Shown piece by piece: positions 26,658 through 33,368 of a DNA stretch of 48,695 nucleotides; position 1 is the first letter of the stretch; each line of letters begins with the position of its first letter. Under the pieces are notes generated by a model that saw only the letters and a list, made by a program, of their open reading frames with translations, had not been told where the DNA came from and searched no databases. Made by a program: the position numbers and the translations under genes. The DNA comes from a virus, in IMG/VR virus record IMGVR_UViG_3300029582_000014; one strand, written 5' to 3'.

Positions 26658-26767
26658 CGGGACGGCCCTTCAAGTCTCCCTGTTTTCCTTTACTGCGTGA
26701 CAAGGCTTCGCCGGAACGTTAATACCCATTACAAGCCCGCCACGCCGCGTAAAAACGGCGCTTTTTA

Positions 26768-26796
26768 TTGACTTTTCCGCCGTTCTCTGCTATACT
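26768..26796 (+). promoter_or_regulatory. Sigma70-like promoter: TTGACT, 17-nt spacer, TATACT, with an operator-like ATACTTGCGTTAG overlapping the -10
   Basis: Read directly. -35 at 26768..26773 and -10 at 26791..26796. Confidence 0.55.
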
Positions 26797-26802
26797 TGCG
26801 TT

Positions 26803-26930
26803 AGGTTGATAGATGATATATTTTCATCGGCGGAATCCGCTTCGTGTTGCTCTGCAAAGCACCACGGGACGGTTTTTCTTATGCTGTTTTTACTGCGGCG
26901 GGGAGGGGGTCAACCCTCCACCGCCTTTTT
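26803..26930 (+). ncRNA. Candidate ~128-nt small RNA between the promoter and the intrinsic terminator
   Basis: The promoter at 26768-26796 and the terminator at 26897-26930 bracket a segment with no credible ORF. It is antisense to the leader between the VR2 gene and rep. Confidence 0.4.
26897..26930 (+). terminator. Intrinsic terminator on the plus strand
   Basis: Stem GGCGG-GGAGGG / CCCTCC-(A)-CCGCC, 6-nt loop, then TTTTT. It overlaps the stop codon of the minus-strand VR2 gene. Confidence 0.6.
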
Positions 26931-27644
26931 GTCTGTCTCTTCCTGCGCGATCTCTTCCGCGTCCTGTTTCGACTGGAATAAGGCGGCAACCGCCGCGCCC
27001 AGCGCGTCGCCCCACAAATAGGGCGGGTAATCTTCCAGCGCGGACAAGATCGCTTCCGCGGCTTCCTGCTTCATTTCTTCATGCCGCGCGGCCTGCTCCA
27101 CATCGTCCGCCCCCTCTCCGGGGATAGATACCGAAATTTCATATTTCAGATAGCAAAGCGGGCGAACGCCCCTGTAGCCGTTGCACGCATGGCGCCAGTC
27201 CAAAGCGCCGGAGGAATTGACGCTGCGGACGCTGCAAGAGTAGGACGCGTCGCACGTCCACGGGGTCAGGTTCCAGCACCACACGTCCACGGGCGGGGTG
27301 ATGTCCCGATACTTCCGGCACAGCGCGTCGGACCGCAAGGCGATCTTGTCCACGGCGGTTCCGTAATCGGTCATTCCGTCGTCGGCGGTCAGGTCGCTTT
27401 CCCAATCGAGGAACGCGGCCCGGTCTGCGCCCTCCGCAACCAGCGCGTCGAGGAACGCCCCGTTCAGTTCCCGGCGCAAAGAGGATTTCCGCCAGTCGTT
27501 GCAGTTCTCTTCATCGAATGCCCGGAGAAAAACAGGCTCCGCGGCCAGACAGAGGGTTCCCGCTCCGATGTCCTCGAATTTGACCCACTCTACGCCGCCA
27601 TACAGAAAACGTGCGCCCTGCGCCAGTTCAGAAAGTTTCTTCAT
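26910..27644 (-). CDS. DGR variable protein 2 (244 aa), a paralogue of the N-terminal domain of the 572-aa target
   Basis: Contains VR2 (aa 132-164, ..DASYSCSVRSVNSSGALDWRHACNGYRGVRPLC..). It shares W..S.LR..LN and DKI motifs with the other target. Confidence 0.85.
   Translation of the reverse strand: MKKLSELAQGARFLYGGVEWVKFEDIGAGTLCLAAEPVFLRAFDEENCNDWRKSSLRRELNGAFLDALVAEGADRAAFLDWESDLTADDGMTDYGTAVDKIALRSDALCRKYRDITPPVDVWCWNLTPWTCDASYSCSVRSVNSSGALDWRHACNGYRGVRPLCYLKYEISVSIPGEGADDVEQAARHEEMKQEAAEAILSALEDYPPYLWGDALGAAVAALFQSKQDAEEIAQEETDKKAVEG
27154..27249 (-). repeat. DGR variable repeat VR2
   Basis: 96-nt near-copy of TR. The 11 differences all fall at TR adenines (coding strand). There is also one C/T difference near the 3' end. 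Confidence 0.9.
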
Positions 27645-27957
27645 GGTCGTTGTCCTCCTTTTGAAATTCCTGTTTGATGTCCCTGAACCAATCCCGCACC
27701 GTCACGGAAGCTACGTAAAAGAAAACGGGGAGGAAGAGGGCGAAAACCTCGCCGCCGATTGCCTTATATCCCCGCTCCGCGAGGGCATAGGCCGCGCCCG
27801 CTCGAAACAGCAGGATTCCGGCCACGGTTAGGGCCGCGTACTTCGCCACGTTCAGCCAGAACGCCCGGCGCGCCTTTCTCTGCCTGCTCTTTCTGACCCG
27901 TCGCCGCGGTCGGGCTTGTCCCGCTCCAACCGTGATTGTGATAATCTCTTGTGTCAT
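27628..27957 (-). CDS. Small membrane protein (2 TM)
   Basis: ATG at 27957 after aaggaggacccaca. ATGA overlap with the upstream stop. Confidence 0.6.
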   Translation of the reverse strand: MTQEIITITVGAGQARPRRRVRKSRQRKARRAFWLNVAKYAALTVAGILLFRAGAAYALAERGYKAIGGEVFALFLPVFFYVASVTVRDWFRDIKQEFQKEDNDHEETF

Positions 27958-28166
27958 TGTGGGTCCTCCTTCGCCAGTTCGATTCTCTCCTGTGATACGA
28001 TCACGACAGAATGGTTGTTCCGGTCCTTTAGTTCGGCCTGCACCCGCAAGCCGCGCCCGGTGTGGTTCTTCCGGTAGATCAAGGCCGAAATCCGCTGATA
28101 TGTAATCCCGCAGTAAACCACGGGGCATTCCTCCATGAATGCGGCCTTTACTTCTTCATGGGTCAT
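27954..28166 (-). CDS. Small hypothetical protein
   Basis: 70-aa ORF, coupled to its neighbours. Confidence 0.6.
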   Translation of the reverse strand: MTHEEVKAAFMEECPVVYCGITYQRISALIYRKNHTGRGLRVQAELKDRNNHSVVIVSQERIELAKEDPQ

Positions 28167-28330
28167 TTCACGTTGCCTTTCCGGGAAATCTCATATTCGG
28201 CCCCATAACGGCGGCGCTTGCACCGCCAGCAGGTAATTTTCATGTTCTTCCCGCCTCCGACGCGGGTTATTTCGTGCTTCCCGGCCTTTTTCAGTTCGAG
28301 GAAGCAGGGCAAACAGAATTTGCGCTTCAC
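28163..28330 (-). CDS. Small zinc-ribbon-like protein
   Basis: GTG at 28330 after ggagggggtgaaact. Sequence reads CLPC...CWRC. Confidence 0.45.
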   Translation of the reverse strand: MKRKFCLPCFLELKKAGKHEITRVGGGKNMKITCWRCKRRRYGAEYEISRKGNVK

Positions 28331-28334
28331 AGTT

Positions 28335-28592
28335 TCACCCCCTCCGGCTCCGTCGAAAGTCCCCTGCGTTCGGGCAGGTTTTCCAATGCGGCACAAAGGC
28401 AACTGGAAGTTCTGGCCGCTCTTCCTCCGGGCGGGCAATCCGCCCAACAATTACAGCGCCGTCATCCAAAACGAAACAGTCGCACCCTTCGCCCTCGATC
28501 ACGAATACAGGTTCAGGGTCAACGGGCATATTCCGTCCCGCCGTGGTCTTTATCCATTCGATTTGTGCGCCACAACCGCGGCAAATGCTCAT
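28335..28592 (-). CDS. Small hypothetical protein (CxxC N-terminus)
   Basis: ATG at 28592 after gggaggcggaaac. ATGA overlap with the upstream gene. Confidence 0.55.
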   Translation of the reverse strand: MSICRGCGAQIEWIKTTAGRNMPVDPEPVFVIEGEGCDCFVLDDGAVIVGRIARPEEERPELPVAFVPHWKTCPNAGDFRRSRRG

Positions 28593-28771
28593 GTTTCCGC
28601 CTCCCGCTCGATCACTTCGCAATCTTCGGCGCGGATTCCCAGCGAATTCCCGCCGTGGTGGATGAAATAGACCTTTTCGTTACGGACCCCGTATGAGATT
28701 CCGCAAACATCAAAAACGCGCCCCGCGTCCACCAGCGGAATTCCCGTGTCGCGGGTGATTCTGATTTTCAC
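28589..28771 (-). CDS. Small hypothetical protein
   Basis: 60-aa ORF in the array. Confidence 0.5.
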   Translation of the reverse strand: MKIRITRDTGIPLVDAGRVFDVCGISYGVRNEKVYFIHHGGNSLGIRAEDCEVIEREAET

Positions 28772-28775
28772 GCTG

Positions 28776-29165
28776 TCACCCTCTTTCCCAAATCCGCTTG
28801 ACTTCTTCGCAACAGTAGTCCGCGCCGTTTGTCAGCACCCAGTCTTTCAGGTCGTCCCGCTGTGTGCGCTTGCAATGCCGTTCCAGCGCGTCGAAATCGT
28901 CTTGCAGGGTGTCCGGGTTCAGGAATTTCAGATTTTGCCCCGTGCCGAACGCCAGTTCAGCCGAAACCACAATGCACCCCGTCCCGTCGTAGGTATCCGG
29001 GTGAATCCGAATGAACAGGTTCCCCAGCTTCATTTTGAAGTAGCCGGGCATTGCAACTTCTTCTTTTTCAAGGCCCTTTGCGGTCCCGAATTCCTGCACC
29101 GCAACCGCGCGGGCGGTTTTCAAGGTCAGCTTCACGCCGCCGGGGTAGTTCTTTTTCATGGTCAT
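28776..29165 (-). CDS. Hypothetical protein
   Basis: 129-aa ORF in the array. Confidence 0.65.
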   Translation of the reverse strand: MTMKKNYPGGVKLTLKTARAVAVQEFGTAKGLEKEEVAMPGYFKMKLGNLFIRIHPDTYDGTGCIVVSAELAFGTGQNLKFLNPDTLQDDFDALERHCKRTQRDDLKDWVLTNGADYCCEEVKRIWERG

Positions 29166-29605
29166 TCCGCCTCCCGCTCGAATCGGATTTTCATTTGTGC
29201 GGGGTATAGGTCAACCGTTGGCCGTCGTCTCCCGGTCCACCGCAATCCCCCGGCTTGTCCTACACACTTCCAGCCCGCGGCCCGCAGACTGGCCCCGTTT
29301 TCGCTTTCCAGAATGTAAGTCACCAGCCGTTTATATCCCATAGCGCGGGCGGCTCTCCATGCGGCGGCATATAGCATTGAACAGGCATTGCGGGTCCCAT
29401 CCGTGCATAACCTGTTCACTTCCAGCGTCCAGCCGTCGTCCAAATGACGGGCCACAGGTCGCCCCACAATGGCAACTCCCACAATCTTTTCGCCATCGGA
29501 AAGCCCGATGGAAAACTTGTGGCCTACGGTCGGCCCGTGGTGTCTGTGGTTCTGTTCGACGAACGCGTTTGCCTCTTTTAGCTTGATCGGCACAACTTCC
29601 AGCAT
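29162..29605 (-). CDS. Hypothetical protein, possibly GNAT-fold acyltransferase-like
   Basis: 147 aa. The sequence ..ANAFVEQNHRHHGPTVGHKFSIG..VGVAIVGRPVARHLDDGWTLEVNRLCTDG.. resembles a prophage family I recall as GNAT-related. This is a weak assignment from memory. Confidence 0.6.
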   Translation of the reverse strand: MLEVVPIKLKEANAFVEQNHRHHGPTVGHKFSIGLSDGEKIVGVAIVGRPVARHLDDGWTLEVNRLCTDGTRNACSMLYAAAWRAARAMGYKRLVTYILESENGASLRAAGWKCVGQAGGLRWTGRRRPTVDLYPAQMKIRFEREAE

Positions 29606-29829
29606 TAGACCGCCTCCGCCGCCACAGTTTCAAGGCCCAGCCACCAGCCCGGACTATTCCGTTTATCCTCATAGGGACAAGGGCTTCCGTCGTCACAACT
29701 GACTTTCCCGCACCCGGCGCAATAGTTCCGCTGGAATTCTTCGTCCCACGGCCCTTCCAAGATCGGCAAGCCCCGCAAGAATGCGGCCAGCGTCTCCGGG
29801 TTTTTGGTGATCGCTTCAAAATTAGTCAC
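29605..29829 (-). CDS. Small Cys-rich hypothetical protein
   Basis: GTG at 29829 after aaggaggtttgcgcg. It overlaps the upstream TAA. Confidence 0.5.
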   Translation of the reverse strand: MTNFEAITKNPETLAAFLRGLPILEGPWDEEFQRNYCAGCGKVSCDDGSPCPYEDKRNSPGWWLGLETVAAEAV

Positions 29830-30097
29830 CGCGCAAACCTCCTTGTAAATTTCCCGCCGCGGGCTTCCCCCGCCGTTTGAAACTCTCCTGAACCCGCTGT
29901 TGCGCAAGAACGGGGCTATACGCCCGCCGTTGGTTGCGGTCCAGCCCTCCGGTTTCCCCGCGCTTCAACTCGCGGTACACCGTCGCCGCTGTCACTCCCA
30001 GCCCGTCGGCTATGTCGGCCACGCGGTCGCCGTTCAGGTAGCGGGTTGAAATCTGCTTCCGGTCCTGAAAGGTTATATATCTGTACTGCCGCACCAC
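29822..30097 (-). CDS. Stand-alone IS30-type HTH protein (resembles a transposase N-terminus)
   Basis: 91 aa. ..ITFQDRKQIS..ADIADGLGVTAATVYRELKRG..YSPVLAQ.. parallels ..LTKYDRYKLE..QIAEELHVHVSTIYREIKRA..YNPDGAE.. in the adjacent transposase. Confidence 0.65.
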   Translation of the reverse strand: MVRQYRYITFQDRKQISTRYLNGDRVADIADGLGVTAATVYRELKRGETGGLDRNQRRAYSPVLAQQRVQESFKRRGKPAAGNLQGGLRGD

Positions 30098-30148
30098 GTT
30101 TCACCCCCGTTTCTCTTGCATTTCACGGCTTTTCGTGATATAAAAAAA

Positions 30149-30246
30149 TAAATGCGATAGAACTTGCACCCGTCGTTCGACGTGGTGTTTGTTCTTTCGC
30201 ATTTAATATTACAAGGCGCGTTCGCAAATGTCAATAGTAAATGCGA
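30149..30246. repeat. AT-rich island with three copies of TAAATGCGA
   Basis: Copies at 30149..30157 (+), 30197..30205 (inverted) and 30238..30246 (+), in a 178-bp AT-rich gap between the HTH gene and the transposase stop. Confidence 0.7.
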
Positions 30247-30275
30247 AAAAAATATAAAAAAATATATTTAGACCG

Positions 30276-31322
30276 TCAGGCGAGGGCCGCGAGGCATTCC
30301 CGGAAACAAATTTCAGCGGTTTTCCAGCCCAGTATTTCCCGCGGATAGTTGTTAATCCAATCTTCCGCCCGCTTCACCGCGGCGGCGCTCACGGCTCCGA
30401 AATCCGTTCCCTTTGGAAACTTCCGGCGAATCATTTTGTTCTGGCATTCGTTGGACCCGCGTTCATAAGAGGAATACGGGTGACAGAAATAGGCCGTCGT
30501 CCGCCTCCGACCCTTCCGCACGGCGGACCGCTCCAGCCGCTCCACGTCGGAGAACTCCCCGCCGTTGTCGAACGTGATCGTCTGGAACGCCTTTGCGAAA
30601 AGGTCCGCGCCGAATCTCCGTTCGATCTGGTCCAGCGCCTTTATTACGCTGTTCGCGGTCCGGTCCTTGATTCTTGCAATAATTTCCCATCGGGTCAAAC
30701 GCTCTGTCAGTACAAGCAAGGCTTTTGACCCGTCTTTTTTGCTGTAAACCGTGTCCCCCTCCCAATGCCCGAACGTGGTTCGCTGGTCCACTATTTCCGG
30801 GCGCTTATCAATGCTCTTCCCGTTTTGCCGTTTCCCGGTCTTTTTCACGGTTCGATAGGGGCGCTTCCTTTTTGGCTTCTCCGGCAAGTCTGCGTTGGTC
30901 AGGGACAGAAAAACCCCTTTCGTGATATAGCTGTAAAGCGTACTGACGCAGATTGACGTTTTGAACGCCTTCCCCTCTAACTTGATGTCAGCGAGGGCCG
31001 CGGCGGGTGAACGATCTTCGTCAAGAATTTTCCGTTCGATATAGTCCGCAAGTTCATAATCATTCCCAATTTTCAGGGGCGCGCCCTTTGCGGCAAGGTT
31101 TTCCCGGTATCTTTTTTCGGCTCCGTCCGGGTTGTAGCGATCTTCCACAATCCACGTGTCCCCGTCTAAATACTGCCAGCGGGCGCGCTTAATCTCCCGG
31201 TAAATCGTGCTAACATGAACGTGCAGTTCCTCCGCGATCTGTTTTTTTGAACACTTCATGTTCAGCATAGCTTCCAGCTTGTAGCGGTCGTATTTTGTCA
31301 GGTGACTAAAGCAATGTCCCAT
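30276..31322 (-). mobile_element. IS30-family DDE transposase gene (348 aa). Element ends are not resolved.
   Basis: N-terminal HTH (STIYREIKRA) and a DDE core including FGHWEGDTV. RBS is acggagggccagacgATG. Confidence 0.85.
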
Positions 31323-31343
31323 CGTCTGGCCCTCCGTATGGAG

Positions 31344-31370
31344 AAAGCCCGCCCAATCCGGGCGGGCTTT
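31344..31370. terminator. GC-rich hairpin between the operator-promoter and the transposase start
   Basis: Arms agcccgccc / gggcgggct (9 bp) with a 5-nt loop, flanked by AA and TT. Confidence 0.45.
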
Positions 31371-31412
31371 CGTATTTCTTTCTTCCGCGGGGTTCCCTCC
31401 GCCTTTTCGGGC

Positions 31413-31441
31413 ATTATAACACGTTTTTTATACTAACGCAA
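31413..31441 (-). promoter_or_regulatory. Strong sigma70-like promoter: TTGCGT, 17-nt spacer, TATAAT, overlapped by operator ATACTAACGCAAGTAT (31430..31445)
   Basis: Read on the minus strand: TTGCGTtagtataaaaaacgtgtTATAAT. It points toward the transposase and the early operon. Confidence 0.6.
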
Positions 31442-31450
31442 GTATTCTTT

Positions 31451-31699
31451 TCAATTCTCTTCCTGCTCTGCAAGCCATTCCATAGACACGCCCAGCACCT
31501 TTGCCAGAACCACAAGTTCATAATCTGTGACGAATCGTGTTCCGATCTCAATTCGGCTCACGCTGTCCCGCTCCATCGTGATTCCCGCAACCTGCAACCG
31601 GGCGGCAAGGTCCGCTTGATTGATTTTCAGCCGCGCCCGCGCCTCTTTCACCCGGTTTCCACATAGGTTCTTCCGGCCCTTGTAATCGTATATTTTCAA
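31451..31699 (-). CDS. XRE/cI-like HTH repressor (82 aa)
   Basis: TTG start after ggggaggaagaaaaa. The HTH reads LKINQADLAARLQVAGITMERDSVSRIE. Confidence 0.8.
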   Translation of the reverse strand: MKIYDYKGRKNLCGNRVKEARARLKINQADLAARLQVAGITMERDSVSRIEIGTRFVTDYELVVLAKVLGVSMEWLAEQEEN

Positions 31700-31716
31700 T
31701 TTTTCTTCCTCCCCGT

Positions 31717-31777
31717 GTGTTAAAGTTTCGCATTTTTCTTGACTTTAACACGCGGCTTGTTAATAATTGTGTTAAAG
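31717..31777. promoter_or_regulatory. Three GTGTTAAAG half-sites (31717, 31743 inverted, 31769) spaced 26 bp apart, overlapping a TTGACT promoter (31739..31767, plus strand)
   Basis: Read directly in the divergent region between the XRE gene and the lipoprotein gene. Confidence 0.6.
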
Positions 31778-31864
31778 GTCAGAATCACAGAAAGCACGGT
31801 GAAGATTCTTTCCTCAAAATACAATGCCGCCCGGCACACCGGACGGCGGAACGGAGGATTCCAA

Positions 31865-32560
31865 ATGTCGAAAAGATTTCTTGCTCTGCTGGCCGCGGTT
31901 TCGCTGGCCGCGTCCCTTTCCGCCTGCGGCGGTGTCCTTGTCGATCTGGACACGCCCAAATCAGAAGAGTTGTCCGCCCAATATGACTTCTACCCGGATT
32001 CTATGAATACTATCCGGGCCGACATGGGGATTACGCCGGAACAGGCCGATGAAGTTTTCATTGTCCTTGCTTCCTGCGGCCTGAACGAAAAGGTCACAAG
32101 CATTTCTGAAAGCGACGGCGTTTATACCGTGTATTTCGGCGGCAATTCTCTTGATGTCACCTTGTCCGACGGTGTGGTTGAAACCGTCTATTCTGGTCAA
32201 GATATGCTTTACCCGGAGGCCGTCAAGCATAATGTCTTAATGGACTATGACCCCATTGTAACGGACCTGAAAAGCGGGAACGGTGATGTCGTCGGCCAGC
32301 GCGCCCACATTCGTATTATGAAATCCCAGCTTGAAGAGATCACAGAAGAGAACTTCCGGGAGTTTGCCGAAAGCGTTGTGAAGGACAGCGGCTATAATTG
32401 GGTTTCGATCATCTGCGACGACGGGACCGGGATTTGCTTCACTGGCTCCAATACCATTCACGCCGATTACGGGACCATTGACAACGACGGCACGGTTCCC
32501 GCTCCCGTCGGAAGCATTGATTTAACAGAGGGTGGAACATACGTATATACTGAAAATTGA
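31865..32560 (+). CDS. Secreted lipoprotein (231 aa)
   Basis: ATG at 31865 after ggaggattccaa. The signal peptide plus lipobox reads MSKRFLALLAAVSLAASLSAC. Confidence 0.8.
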   Translation: MSKRFLALLAAVSLAASLSACGGVLVDLDTPKSEELSAQYDFYPDSMNTIRADMGITPEQADEVFIVLASCGLNEKVTSISESDGVYTVYFGGNSLDVTLSDGVVETVYSGQDMLYPEAVKHNVLMDYDPIVTDLKSGNGDVVGQRAHIRIMKSQLEEITEENFREFAESVVKDSGYNWVSIICDDGTGICFTGSNTIHADYGTIDNDGTVPAPVGSIDLTEGGTYVYTEN

Positions 32561-32570
32561 ACCAGACAGC

Positions 32571-32600
32571 AAAGCGGCGGGCGCAATGCCCGCCGCTTTT
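32571..32600. terminator. Bidirectional intrinsic terminator
   Basis: Arms aaagcggcgggc / gcccgccgcttt form a perfect 12-bp stem with a 5-nt loop. A-run on one side and T-run on the other. Confidence 0.75.
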
Positions 32601-32601
32601 G

Positions 32602-32883
32602 TCATCGAAACATTTTGTCTATAACGTATCTCGCATATTCCGCCCCGATGTCATCCAGTGTTCGCACGCCGGAGAAATCCGCCCCGCCGCACACAGCTTC
32701 GCGGATAGTTCCATAGAACGCGGCCCACTTTTCGCGCGGCTGTGCTTCTACGATCTCCCGCACCCGCTCGAACGCTTCGCGGCCCATCAGCAAGGCAAGG
32801 TTGGTTCTTTCTTCTTCCAGTTCCGCGAGTTCCGCGGCCATTTCCTCGAACCGCGGGTGAAACGCTACGGTGTAGTTATCCAT
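32602..32883 (-). CDS. Hypothetical protein downstream of the RHH gene
   Basis: ATG at 32883 overlaps the end of the RHH gene by 8 nt. 93 aa. The start could also be 32895 or 32913. Confidence 0.55.
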   Translation of the reverse strand: MDNYTVAFHPRFEEMAAELAELEEERTNLALLMGREAFERVREIVEAQPREKWAAFYGTIREAVCGGADFSGVRTLDDIGAEYARYVIDKMFR

Positions 32884-33088
32884 TTTCCGCTCCATTCTTT
32901 GCCGCCGCGTCAAGCGTGGTTTCTATCCACTCATTCAGCGACATTCCCGCGGCGGTCGCCGCGGCCTGATAAACCGCCTTTTTTCCCTTCTTCACCATCG
33001 GATAAATCCGATCATAGTTTTCCGCGTTATATTTTCGCTTTGCATTCGTCGCCGCCTGTCCCCGCGGCGTTTCATATTTCCCGGCCAT
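32876..33088 (-). CDS. Ribbon-helix-helix / Arc-like DNA-binding protein (70 aa)
   Basis: ATG after aaggaggtttcgga. Contains ..YDRIYPMVKKGKKAVYQAAATAAGMSLNEWIETTL.., typical of an RHH antitoxin or regulator. Confidence 0.6.
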   Translation of the reverse strand: MAGKYETPRGQAATNAKRKYNAENYDRIYPMVKKGKKAVYQAAATAAGMSLNEWIETTLDAAAKNGAENG

Positions 33089-33114
33089 TCCGAAACCTCC
33101 TTTTCGTTTTGCTT

Positions 33115-33143
33115 ATTGTACCACGCGCCAGATACTAACGCAA
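33115..33143 (-). promoter_or_regulatory. Promoter of the RHH gene: TTGCGT, 17-nt spacer, TACAAT, overlapped by operator 33132..33147
   Basis: Minus strand reads TTGCGTtagtatctggcgcgtggTACAAT. Confidence 0.55.
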
Positions 33144-33217
33144 GTATAAAACTTGCACATACTAACGTGAGTATATTTGTGCATTTTCCCATCTTGCTTT
33201 TATACTAACGTTAGTAT
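33132..33217. promoter_or_regulatory. Cluster of three 16-bp palindromic operators, ATACT-N6-AGTAT
   Basis: Sites: 33132..33147 atactaacgcaagtat; 33159..33174 atactaacgtgagtat; 33202..33217 atactaacgttagtat (perfect palindrome). Confidence 0.7.
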
Positions 33218-33222
33218 ATAAT
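33194..33222 (+). promoter_or_regulatory. Promoter TTGCTT, 17-nt spacer, TATAAT, with the operator inside the spacer
   Basis: Read directly. It drives 33369..34601. Confidence 0.6.
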
Positions 33223-33368
33223 CATAATCAGAAAGAGGGAACACAAGCCGCCCGGTCGCTGGGGCGTAGAGTTCAGCGACGGCCAACCTTACGGGCCGAC
33301 ACGAAAAGGGGGCCGACACGGTAACAACAACACTTCAACTTCTGGTTTCATATATGGGAGGTAATCAC

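Noticed and set aside
26806-27021. 71-aa plus-strand ORF starting just after the 26768 promoter
   Set aside because: It reads straight through the intrinsic terminator and then runs antisense into the VR2 gene. It has a TTG start with no RBS. The segment is better explained as non-coding RNA.
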